NCBI GenBank assembly: GCA_964564595.1
Contig: CAZMCA010000003.1
Location: 1 to 61,993, forward strand
DNA from: an uncultured Caulobacteraceae bacterium
Lineage (GTDB): Bacteria > Pseudomonadota > Alphaproteobacteria > Caulobacterales > Aquidulcibacteraceae
Direction of reading: 5' to 3'
Length of the DNA stretch: 61,993 nucleotides
Below the pieces are notes generated by a model. The model was not told where the DNA came from, searched no databases, and saw only the letters and a program-made list of their open reading frames with translations. Both the position numbers and the translations under genes were made by a program. Shown here one piece after another: positions 44,599-53,488 of the stretch (the stretch's first letter is position 1; each line of letters begins with the position of its first letter).

Positions 44599-46039
44599 GA
44601 TGCGCCGCCACTGTTTTCACGGCCGAGAAGCCATAAAGCGCTTCCATGCCTTTCTCGCGTCCGTGCCCGGACTTGCCAACGCCGCCGAACGGAAGCTCAA
44701 CGCCACCGCCCGCGCCGTAATTGTTGAGGAACACCTGCCCTGCCCGCAGCGCCTTCGCGAGCCGCATTTGGCGGCCGCCGTCGCGCGTCCACACGCCGGC
44801 CACGAGGCCATAGCCTGCGCCGTTCGCGATCGCGACCGCTTCGGCCTCGTCATCGAACGGAATGATCACTTGCACGGGGCCGAAGATTTCCTCACGCGCG
44901 CTTTCATGATCGCGCGGCGCATTCGCGATCAGCGTGGGCGCTATATAGTGCCCGCCCCGTGGCGCATCGTCATCGATCACGCCCTGCGCGGCGATTGCGA
45001 GCCCATCCTTGCGTGCACGCGCGAGAAAGCCCTCGACGACGCTCTTTTGCTTCGTCGAAATGAGCGGGCCGACGTCGCGGTCCGCAAGCGCGGGGCCGAC
45101 GACAAGCGTGCGATAGCGCGCGCTCATGCGCGCGATCACCTCGCCGAGAACACTGCGCTCCACCAAAATGCGCGAGCCAGCCGAACAGGTTTGGCCCGCG
45201 TTCTGTATGCCTGCGTTCACGAGCACCGGCGTCGCTGCATCGAGATCCGCGTCGGCGAACACAAGTTGAGGAGATTTGCCACCAAGCTCGAGCGTGACCG
45301 GCGCGACATGCCGCGCCGCCGCAGCCTGCACGAGCCGGCCAACCTCAAGCGAGCCGGTGAACGAAAGATGATCGATCCCGGAATGCGCAGCGAGCGCTGC
45401 GCCTGCCTCTTCGCCAAGACCGGTCACGACATTCAGCGCCCCAGCGGGCAAGCCTGCCTCCTCCGCGATGCGCGCGAATGCAAGCGCCGTCAGTGAAGCT
45501 TCTTCCGCGGGCTTGAGGACGCACGCATTGCCCATCGCGAGCGCAGCGCCAACGGAGCGGCCGACGATCTGCATCGGGTAATTCCACGGCACGATGTGCC
45601 CCGTCACGCCGTGCGGCTCGCGCAGCGTATAGACGGTGTAGCCCGCCTGATACGGAATGGTCTCACCGTGAACTTTATCGGCCGCGCCGCCATAGAACTC
45701 CATGTAGCGCGCGAGCGCGATCACATCCGCGCGCGCTTGCTTGAGCGGCTTGCCAACATCGCGCGCTTCAAGCTCAGCGAGCATGTCCGCGCGTTCGAGC
45801 ACGACTTGCCCAATGCGCGTGAGCAAACGGCCGCGCTCAAGCGCTGTCGCCTTGCCCCACGCGCCGGCGCGCGCGGCATCCGCCGCTGTGACGGCCGCGT
45901 CGATTTCCTCTTCGCCGCCGCGCGCGAGGGTGGCGAACGCCTCGCCGCGCGAGGGATCTTCGACAGGAAGCGTCTCGCGCAAAGCGCGCCACTGGCCCCC
46001 GACAAGGATTTCGTTCGGTCTGAAGGGAATGTCGCTCAT
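44591..46039 (-). CDS. NAD(P)-dependent aldehyde dehydrogenase
   Basis: 'LELGGKSP' and the catalytic Cys context 'NAGQTCSAGSR'. 482 aa. ATGA overlap with the upstream ABC ATPase gene. Confidence 0.9.
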   Translation of the reverse strand: MSDIPFRPNEILVGGQWRALRETLPVEDPSRGEAFATLARGGEEEIDAAVTAADAARAGAWGKATALERGRLLTRIGQVVLERADMLAELEARDVGKPLKQARADVIALARYMEFYGGAADKVHGETIPYQAGYTVYTLREPHGVTGHIVPWNYPMQIVGRSVGAALAMGNACVLKPAEEASLTALAFARIAEEAGLPAGALNVVTGLGEEAGAALAAHSGIDHLSFTGSLEVGRLVQAAAARHVAPVTLELGGKSPQLVFADADLDAATPVLVNAGIQNAGQTCSAGSRILVERSVLGEVIARMSARYRTLVVGPALADRDVGPLISTKQKSVVEGFLARARKDGLAIAAQGVIDDDAPRGGHYIAPTLIANAPRDHESAREEIFGPVQVIIPFDDEAEAVAIANGAGYGLVAGVWTRDGGRQMRLAKALRAGQVFLNNYGAGGGVELPFGGVGKSGHGREKGMEALYGFSAVKTVAAHHG

Positions 46040-47607
46040 GACTCGCTCGCGAGATCGAGGCGCGGGCTCGCCGCAGCCAGGGCCGCAGTATAGGGATGTG
46101 AAGGCGCGTCGAACATCGTGCGCGCTGCCCCCTCTTCCACGATCTTGCCGGCCTGAAGCACGATCACGCGATCCGCGATCGCCCGCACGACCGCCAGATC
46201 GTGCGTGATGAAGAGATAGGAAAGTCCCAGCCGGCCGCGCAGCTCCGCGAGCAGATCGAGGATTTGCGCGCGGATCGAAACGTCAAGCGCGGAGACCGCC
46301 TCATCGAGCACCAACAACGCAGGCTCCGTCACCAGCGCGCGCGCAATGGCGATGCGCTGCCGCTGGCCGCCGGAGAACTGATGCGGGTAACGCGCCGCAT
46401 CCGCCGGCGAGAGGCCAACGTCTTCGAGCACACGCGACACGCGCGCGCGCCGCACTTCCTCACTGAGCGCGGGCTCCATGAGATGCAGCGGCTCGGCCAC
46501 CAGCCAGCCAACGCGGCGGCGAGGATTGAAGCTGCCATAAGGATCTTGAAACACGATCTGCGCGCGCAGGCGCATCGCCGTCAGCGCGGCGCCGCGCGCG
46601 CTCGCCCAATCGCGGCCGTCGAGTTTCACGGCGCCTGAGCTGAGCCGCTGCAAACCAAGCGCGACACGCGCAAGCGTCGACTTTCCGCTGCCGCTTTCCC
46701 CGACGATGCCAACGCTCTCGCCCGCGCGCACCGCCATCGAAACGCCATCGAGCGCCCGCACTGCGCCGCCGCCTTCGCGCGCATGAACGACCACGGCGCT
46801 CTCCACGCGCAACACCTCCGCGCCCAGCTCACGCGCGGGCGCGGACCCCGGCTTAGGCGTGGCGGCCGCGAGCAGCGCCTTGGCGTACGGGTGCGTCAGC
46901 CGCCGGAGCGCGCCGGCGCCTTCCGCCTCATCCACGATCGCGCCGCCCCGCATGATCGCGACGCGGTCCGCGTAGTTGGCGACGATGGAAAGATCGTGCG
47001 TCACCAGCACGACGGCGGCGCCCGCGTCCGCGAGATCGCGAAACAGCGCGAGCACCCCGGCTTGGGTTATGACGTCAAGCGCCGTCGTCGGTTCATCCGC
47101 CAGCACAAGCGCGGGCGCAAGCACCGTGGCGATCGCGATGGCGACGCGCTGGCGCTGGCCGCCGGAAAGCTCGTGCGGGTAACGCTCGAGCCCAATGGCG
47201 CTCAGGCCAACACGATCCAGCGCCGCCCGTGCCTGCGCCTGCGCTTCCGCGCGCGAGACCTTCCGGTGCAGCAGCACGGTTTCCGCAATCTGGGCGCCGA
47301 TCGTGCGCACCGGGTTGAGCGCGCTCATCGGCTCTTGAAACACCATGCCCATCGCAGCACCGCGCAACGCATTGAGCCGCGTTTCGCCGGCGCCGGCGAT
47401 TTCTTCGCCCGCAAGCTTCACCGATCCGCTTAGGCGTGCGCCGGGCGGCAGCAGCTGCATCGCAGACAGAAGCGTGAGCGACTTGCCCGAGCCGCTTTCG
47501 CCGACGAGCGCCGTGATCCTTCCCGGCTCCGCGGCAAACGATACGCCGTTCAGGATCGGCGCGCCGCCAATCGCGAGGCTGAGATTGGATATCTCGAGTG
47601 CGCTCAT
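46036..47607 (-). CDS. ABC transporter ATP-binding protein, duplicated ATPase (DppD/DppF-type fusion)
   Basis: Two Walker A motifs ('GESGSGKS' twice) and two signature motifs ('LSGGQRQR', 'FSGGQRQR'). The start ATG overlaps the upstream stop. Confidence 0.9.
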   Translation of the reverse strand: MSALEISNLSLAIGGAPILNGVSFAAEPGRITALVGESGSGKSLTLLSAMQLLPPGARLSGSVKLAGEEIAGAGETRLNALRGAAMGMVFQEPMSALNPVRTIGAQIAETVLLHRKVSRAEAQAQARAALDRVGLSAIGLERYPHELSGGQRQRVAIAIATVLAPALVLADEPTTALDVITQAGVLALFRDLADAGAAVVLVTHDLSIVANYADRVAIMRGGAIVDEAEGAGALRRLTHPYAKALLAAATPKPGSAPARELGAEVLRVESAVVVHAREGGGAVRALDGVSMAVRAGESVGIVGESGSGKSTLARVALGLQRLSSGAVKLDGRDWASARGAALTAMRLRAQIVFQDPYGSFNPRRRVGWLVAEPLHLMEPALSEEVRRARVSRVLEDVGLSPADAARYPHQFSGGQRQRIAIARALVTEPALLVLDEAVSALDVSIRAQILDLLAELRGRLGLSYLFITHDLAVVRAIADRVIVLQAGKIVEEGAARTMFDAPSHPYTAALAAASPRLDLASES

Positions 47608-48413
47608 CGGGCGGCACGCTGCTTTGGATCGAGTGCATCCCGAAGGCCATCGCCCATCAGATTGAGACCAAGCACGGTCGCGAAGATCGCCAGGCCCGGC
47701 GCGAGCGCGAGCCACGGCGCGAGGAACACGAACGTCTGCGATTCCGAGAGCATCCGGCCCCAGCTCGCGTCCGGCGGCTGCACGCCAAGCCCGACATAGG
47801 AAAGCCCCGCTTCCGCGATCACGCCGAGCGAAAACTGAATCGTCGCCTGCACGATCAGCTGATCGGCAAGGTTCGGCAGCACGTGCTCGACGGAAATGCG
47901 AAACCCGCCCTTCCCCGCCGCGCGCGCCGCCAGCACGTATTCACGCCGCCACAGCGCAAGCGCGCCGCCGCGCGAGACCCGTGCGAACACCGGCACGTTG
48001 AAGACGCCAATCGCGATCATGGCGTTCACGCCGCTTGGGCCGAGCACGGCTGTCAGCAAAATCGCGAGCAGAAGCGCGGGGAACGCGAACACCATGTCAT
48101 TCGCGCGCATGATGATCTCATCGATCAGACCGCCGCGCGCCGCCGCCAAGAGGCCAATCGGCGCGCCGATCCCGATCCCGATGCCGACAGCGACCAGAGC
48201 GACCGCGATCGAGTTGCGCGCGCCGGCCAACAGCAGGGACACAACGTCCCGCCCCAGATGATCGGTTCCAAGCCAATGCGCGGCGGAAGGCGCGGAGAAG
48301 GCGCGCGCGACGTCGATCGCGGCGATGTCGTAAGGCGTCCATGCCAGCGACACGAGCGCGGCCAGGATCGCTGCGCCGGAAAGCGCCGCGCCGAGGATGA
48401 GCGCGCGGTTCAT
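47604..48413 (-). CDS. ABC transporter permease (DppC/OppC-like)
   Basis: About 269 aa with 6 hydrophobic segments. ATGA overlaps at both ends. The track start at 48923 is an over-extension. Confidence 0.85.
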   Translation of the reverse strand: MNRALILGAALSGAAILAALVSLAWTPYDIAAIDVARAFSAPSAAHWLGTDHLGRDVVSLLLAGARNSIAVALVAVGIGIGIGAPIGLLAAARGGLIDEIIMRANDMVFAFPALLLAILLTAVLGPSGVNAMIAIGVFNVPVFARVSRGGALALWRREYVLAARAAGKGGFRISVEHVLPNLADQLIVQATIQFSLGVIAEAGLSYVGLGVQPPDASWGRMLSESQTFVFLAPWLALAPGLAIFATVLGLNLMGDGLRDALDPKQRAAR

Positions 48414-49357
48414 GCTGGCCGCCGCAAGCGCGGATCGGCCGCCGCGTAGAGGAGATCGACCAGAAATGCGATAGCGACGGCGGCGAACACCAGCAGCATC
48501 ACCACGCTGCGCACGACGATGAGATCGCGCTGCACGATGGCTTGGAACACAAGCCGCCCAAGGCCCGGCAGGTAGAATACGTTCTCGATGATCACCGCGC
48601 CCGCGAGCAAAAACGAAAACTGCAGACCGAGAATGGTAAGCACGGGGATCATGGCGTTCGGCAGCGCGTGGCGCGTGAGCGCGGCCCATTGCGAGAGCCC
48701 CTTGGCGCGCGCCGTGCGCATGTAATCTTCGTTGAGCGTATCGAGGAGCGCCGAACGCATCACGCGCGTGAGCACGGCCGCTTGCGGCAATGCAAGTGCG
48801 AGCGCGGGTAAAGCGAGAGAACGAAACAGCGCGACCGGCCCCGCATCCCATCCCGGAAAGCCACCGGCGGAAAACCAGCCGAGCGTGGTTGAGAACACCA
48901 GCACGAGCAGCAGCGCGATCCAAAAGTTCGGCGTGGCGACGCCCGCTTGCGACAGCGCCATCACCGCCGTTTCAGTGGGCCGACCGCGTTTGCTCACGGC
49001 GAGCAATGCTGCGCCAAGCGCGAGGCTGGATGAGAGAACGAGCGCGATCGCCGCGAGCGGAATGGAGAGCGCCGCGCGTTCGGCTACAAGCTCCGAGACA
49101 GGCACGCGATAGGTGTAGCTGACGCCGAGATCGCCGCGCAGCAGCCCGCCAGCCCAATCGACATAACGCTGTGCAAGCGAACCATCGAGGCCAAGTTCGG
49201 TGCGCAGCGCCGCGACCGCCGCTGGGTCGGCGTTGAGTCCCATCATGTAGGCGGCCGGATCGCCCGGCGCGATATCGATGATCGCGAACACGACAAGGCT
49301 TGCGGCGACGAGCGTAAGCATGAGCGCCAAAGCACGGCCGGCGAGGTAGCGGATCAT
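48410..49357 (-). CDS. ABC transporter permease (DppB/OppB-like)
   Basis: 'MIRYLAGRALALMLTLVAASLVVF' N-terminus and the 'EDYMRTARAKGLS' EAA-loop region. Confidence 0.85.
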   Translation of the reverse strand: MIRYLAGRALALMLTLVAASLVVFAIIDIAPGDPAAYMMGLNADPAAVAALRTELGLDGSLAQRYVDWAGGLLRGDLGVSYTYRVPVSELVAERAALSIPLAAIALVLSSSLALGAALLAVSKRGRPTETAVMALSQAGVATPNFWIALLLVLVFSTTLGWFSAGGFPGWDAGPVALFRSLALPALALALPQAAVLTRVMRSALLDTLNEDYMRTARAKGLSQWAALTRHALPNAMIPVLTILGLQFSFLLAGAVIIENVFYLPGLGRLVFQAIVQRDLIVVRSVVMLLVFAAVAIAFLVDLLYAAADPRLRRPA

Positions 49358-50838
49358 GATCGATCGCTCCAATACGCCGCGGTGAGATCGTTCGCCTGCA
49401 CGGGCGAATTCACCCACAAGCCTTGCAGCTCTTTGCGCCAGACGCCGATCTTCGGCAGCTGGAAAAGATAGACATTGACCGCATCATCCGTGATGCGTCG
49501 CTGCGCCTCTTGCAGAAGCGCGGTGCGTGCAGCCGGATCGCTGGTTTCCCCAAGGCGCGCCATGATGGCTTTGAAAGTCGGCGCCGCGTAACGGAAGTAA
49601 TAGTCGTCCCGCCCGTAGATTCCGATGTCCATCGGCTCGGTGTGCGAGATGATCGTCAGATCGAAATCGCTATTGCCGAACACCTGCTCGAGCCATTGCG
49701 CCCACTCGACATTGCGGATCTCCGCCTCGATGCCGATGGCGCGCAGCTGCGCGGCGATGATCTCCCCGCCCCGGCGCGCATAGCCCGGCGGCGGCAGCGC
49801 GAGCGTCGTGCGAAAGCCGTTCGGAAAGCCCGCCTCCGCGAGCAACGCGCGGGCGCGCGCGGGGTCGTATGGATATTGCGCCGTAAGATCGAGATAGGCC
49901 GGATGCGTCGGCGAAAAATGCGTGCCGATCGGCGTTCCGTAGCCGAACATCGCGCCTTGAATCACCGCGCGGCGATCGACGGCGTGCGAAATCGCGCGCC
50001 GCACGCGCAGATCGCTGAACGGGGCGCGGCCATTGTTCATCGCCAGGATGGTTTCGCCCTCTGTCACGCCGATCGCGACACGGAAGCGGCCATCGCGCTC
50101 GATTTGCGGAAGCAACTCGGGCGCGGGAAAGTCCGGAAAGCCATCAACGTCATCCGCCATCAGCGCGGCGTAGCCGGCGGAGGCGTCCGGGATCGTGCGG
50201 ATGGTGACGCCGTCGAGGCGCGCGGGCGTTCCCCAATACGCATCGTTGCGCGTGAGCGTGATCAGCGCGCCCCGCGCCCAGCGCGCGAACAGGAAGGGGC
50301 CCGTGCCGATCGGGTGGGTCATGTTGCCCGCCGCGCTTGCGCGCGAAACGATCACGGCGTCGCCGCCGCCGAGCGAATTGAGGATGGCGCCATCGGGGCG
50401 TTTCAGCCGCACACGCGCGCGCAGCGGATCGAGCGCGGCGACCTCCGCAATCGGCTCGAACAGTTCTTTCTGTGCGTTGGTGGAATCGTCCGCGCGTGCG
50501 CGGTCGAGCGCAAACACAACGTCATCGGCGGTGAACGGCGCGCCATCGTGGTAGCGAACATCCGGGCGAAGGTGAAACACGTACTCTCGTCCGCCTGCGC
50601 CGACCTCCCAACGCGCCGCGAGCGCAGGAAGAACGGCGCCGTCTGCGCCGATGCGCGTCAGCCCCTCGAACACGTTGGCGTACACGACCTCATCGATCGC
50701 GGCGGCGGCTCCCGCTGTCGGATCAAGGTGCGGCGGCTCGAGCGCGACACCAAGGCGCGCAATGTTGGCTGGCGCGCGCGGCGGCCCACACGCGGCCAGC
50801 GCGCTTGCCGCCAGCACAGCACGGCGGCTCAATCTCAC
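49354..50838 (-). CDS. ABC transporter substrate-binding lipoprotein, family 5 (peptide/nickel type)
   Basis: Signal peptide with lipobox 'LAAC'. The size and sequence ('LTRNDAYWG', 'NNGRAPFSDLRVRRA') are typical of family 5 SBPs. GTG start overlaps the upstream stop (GTGA). Confidence 0.85.
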   Translation of the reverse strand: MRLSRRAVLAASALAACGPPRAPANIARLGVALEPPHLDPTAGAAAAIDEVVYANVFEGLTRIGADGAVLPALAARWEVGAGGREYVFHLRPDVRYHDGAPFTADDVVFALDRARADDSTNAQKELFEPIAEVAALDPLRARVRLKRPDGAILNSLGGGDAVIVSRASAAGNMTHPIGTGPFLFARWARGALITLTRNDAYWGTPARLDGVTIRTIPDASAGYAALMADDVDGFPDFPAPELLPQIERDGRFRVAIGVTEGETILAMNNGRAPFSDLRVRRAISHAVDRRAVIQGAMFGYGTPIGTHFSPTHPAYLDLTAQYPYDPARARALLAEAGFPNGFRTTLALPPPGYARRGGEIIAAQLRAIGIEAEIRNVEWAQWLEQVFGNSDFDLTIISHTEPMDIGIYGRDDYYFRYAAPTFKAIMARLGETSDPAARTALLQEAQRRITDDAVNVYLFQLPKIGVWRKELQGLWVNSPVQANDLTAAYWSDRS

Positions 50839-52112
50839 AGCGCGCCCAAGAGCTTGCCGGCCGCAAGCGCCATCACCTTCGAGGACGCGACCAGATCGTC
50901 GATCGCGACATATTCATCCGGCTGGTGTGCGAGATCGAGAATGCCGGGACCGTAGGCGATGCAGTCTCGCAGCTTGCCGATGCGATCAACGTGCTTTTGA
51001 TCGTAGGTGCCGGGCGAACAGATGAATTGCGCCGGCTTCTTCAGCACGCGCTCGATCGCCGCGGCCGTCTCGCGCGCGACGGGCGCATCGCGATCGATCA
51101 TCACCGGCGCCACCTCGAAGAGATCGCGCAGCGCGTACCGGAAACCTGGGCGATCGCGCGCGAGCCGCTCCAAGAGGCCGCGCACTTCGCCCTTCACGTC
51201 CTCCAGAGTCTCTTCCACCAGGAAGCGCCGGTCGATCACGGCGCGCACCGAGTCGGCGACGACCGGTGAAGGCAGCCCCTCTTTCGGTTCGGCCTGCCCG
51301 CCGTGAATCGAGTTGATGTTCATCGTCGATTGGCGCGCGCCATCGGGCGCGACGGGCATGGCGGTGTGTTTCGCCGCGAGCGCGGGATAGAGCTCGTGTT
51401 CGAACCGCTCCAGCACGGCCCCCATGTGCCGCACAGCGCTGTCGCCCAAGAACGGCATGGAGCCGTGCGCGATGCGTCCCTTGGTTTCGATCTCGGCCCA
51501 CCACACGCCGCGATGGCCGATGCACACGCGATCGACATTGAGCGGCTCGGGAATGATCACGTGGTCGACGCGAGGCTTTGAGAAATAGCCGCGCTCCGCA
51601 AGCCAAGCGACGCCGCCATAGCCGCCGCTCTCTTCGTCCGCCGTGCCTGAGATTTCGAGCGCGCCCGGCAACTCGGCGCCGGAATCGATGAGCGCTTCGA
51701 CGGCGACGATCGACGCCGCGATGCCGCCCTTCATGTCACACGTGCCTCGGCCATAGACGCGCCCATCGCGCACCTCGCCGCCCCACGGATCGAGGCTCCA
51801 GCCGTCGCCGGCTTCAACGACATCGATGTGCCCATTGAAGTGCACGCATGGGCCGGGCCGTGCGCCTTCGCGCCGCGCGATCACGTTCCAGCGCGGGTAG
51901 GCGTCGCTGTCGCCTGGCGCGCCTTCCGCGCGCTGATAGTCGATCGCGAAACCGCGCTTGGCGAGGCGCGCGCCGATCAGTTCGGCGCAGTCGCGATAGA
52001 ACGCGCCGGGCGGATTGACGCTTGGGATACGCACCAGCGCCTGCGTGAGCGCGACCATTTCATCGGCGCGGTCATCGAGCGATCTTAGGAGGGCGTCGGC
52101 GTCGAGAGGCAT
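50835..52112 (-). CDS. M20 family amidohydrolase (ArgE/DapE/ACY1-type deacylase)
   Basis: 'HFNGHIDVV', 'GRGTCDMKGG' and 'SGTADEESGG' metal-ligand motifs. First gene of the ABC operon. Confidence 0.85.
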   Translation of the reverse strand: MPLDADALLRSLDDRADEMVALTQALVRIPSVNPPGAFYRDCAELIGARLAKRGFAIDYQRAEGAPGDSDAYPRWNVIARREGARPGPCVHFNGHIDVVEAGDGWSLDPWGGEVRDGRVYGRGTCDMKGGIAASIVAVEALIDSGAELPGALEISGTADEESGGYGGVAWLAERGYFSKPRVDHVIIPEPLNVDRVCIGHRGVWWAEIETKGRIAHGSMPFLGDSAVRHMGAVLERFEHELYPALAAKHTAMPVAPDGARQSTMNINSIHGGQAEPKEGLPSPVVADSVRAVIDRRFLVEETLEDVKGEVRGLLERLARDRPGFRYALRDLFEVAPVMIDRDAPVARETAAAIERVLKKPAQFICSPGTYDQKHVDRIGKLRDCIAYGPGILDLAHQPDEYVAIDDLVASSKVMALAAGKLLGAL

Positions 52113-52210
52113 GGCGCGATGTTCCGGGCCGAGCCTTCAAAGTCAATTGCATCCGGCGGGTTCGCCAGCCGCATCCCAAGCGCACGCGGGAGCGCGGCGG
52201 GGGGACGGCA

Positions 52211-53488
52211 ATGATACAAGGCTTGCGAGCAACGGCGGTTGCACTGTTGGGATGGGTTGGCGCAGCGGGCGCAATAGCGGAACCAATCCCCACGCCGCCG
52301 GCCGCGCCAGAGGGCGCAGCGCCCGCCTCCCTCTTGCCGGAGCTTGTTGAGGCAGCGCGGCGCACGGCGCGCATAGAGAATGGCCGCCTTGTCGGCGACG
52401 GCGCGGACCTGCTGCGGCGGCTCGGCGCAGAATCGCATTTCGTGATGCTTGGCGAGGAGCATGGCTCGGAAGGCATCGCGAACTTCGCGACCGCGTATTG
52501 GCGTGATTTGCACAACGCCGGTTATCGATATGCGGCGATCGAAACTGACCCCTACGTCGCGCACGTCATGGAGCGCGAACTGCGCCGCGGCGGCGTTGCG
52601 GCGTGGCGCGACTTTGCCGCGGCGCATGGCGGCGCCCCAAGCGCGCCGTTCTTCACATGGACCGCGGAGGCCGACTACGCAGCGGCGGTCGTTCGCGATA
52701 GCCCAGCGCAGCCGGCGCTCTGGGGCCTGGATCAAGTGTTCGTTGGCGCAGCGCCCTGGCTGCTCGCGGACATCGCAGCGCGCGCCCGCAATCGGGAAAC
52801 GCGCGCGCTCGCGCAGCAGCTCGCCGGCGAAGCGGCAAGCCGATTTGCGTGGCTGGGCAGCGCTGATGAAGCCGCGCTCCGCCGCCTGCGCGCGCTGATG
52901 ACTGGCCGCGACGCGCAGTTTGCGCCCCTGCTCGACGACATGATCTTATCCAACGAGATCTACCGCCCCTACCTCGGGAGCGGAGGAGAATACTGGATAT
53001 CCAACACGGCGCGTGAAAACCTCATGCGCCGCAACTTCGTGAGCGCATACCTGCAAGCAGAGCGGCGGGACGGCGCGCCCCGCGTGTTCTTGAAGTTCGG
53101 CGCAAACCACGCCTTCCGCGGCGCCTCGCCGCTCTCGGTTCAGGGACTAGGCGGGTTCGTCAGCGAGTTTGCGGCCGCGCGCGGACAATCGGCGCTGACC
53201 GTGCTGGCGCTCTGCGGGCCGGGAAGCGAAGTCTCCGGTCAGGCAAGTCCGCCCGTTCCGTGTGGCCCGCGTTATGGGGAAACGTGGGCGTTTCTCTCTG
53301 CCGCAACACACCCAACCGAGATCAGCGTGTTCGATGTGCGCATGATGCGGCTTCGTCAGCGGCGCTGGGCGCATCTGCCGGTGGAGGCGCAACGCGTGCT
53401 CGGCTCATTCGACATCATCGTAGTCGTGCCAAACACGCCGGCGGCGCGCTATTTCGACGGCATGTCCTGGCCGGCGGACGCGCGCTAG
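52211..53488 (+). CDS. secreted hypothetical protein with erythromycin-esterase/ChaN/Tiki-superfamily-like motifs
   Basis: Signal-like N-terminus 'ATAVALLGWVGAAGAIAEP'. The ordered motifs 'MLGEEHGSEG', 'ARENLMRRN' and 'FGANHAF' resemble the GE-x-x-HG / R(D/E)-x-x-M-x-x-N / xHNxH pattern of that superfamily. Confidence 0.45.
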   Translation: MIQGLRATAVALLGWVGAAGAIAEPIPTPPAAPEGAAPASLLPELVEAARRTARIENGRLVGDGADLLRRLGAESHFVMLGEEHGSEGIANFATAYWRDLHNAGYRYAAIETDPYVAHVMERELRRGGVAAWRDFAAAHGGAPSAPFFTWTAEADYAAAVVRDSPAQPALWGLDQVFVGAAPWLLADIAARARNRETRALAQQLAGEAASRFAWLGSADEAALRRLRALMTGRDAQFAPLLDDMILSNEIYRPYLGSGGEYWISNTARENLMRRNFVSAYLQAERRDGAPRVFLKFGANHAFRGASPLSVQGLGGFVSEFAAARGQSALTVLALCGPGSEVSGQASPPVPCGPRYGETWAFLSAATHPTEISVFDVRMMRLRQRRWAHLPVEAQRVLGSFDIIVVVPNTPAARYFDGMSWPADAR

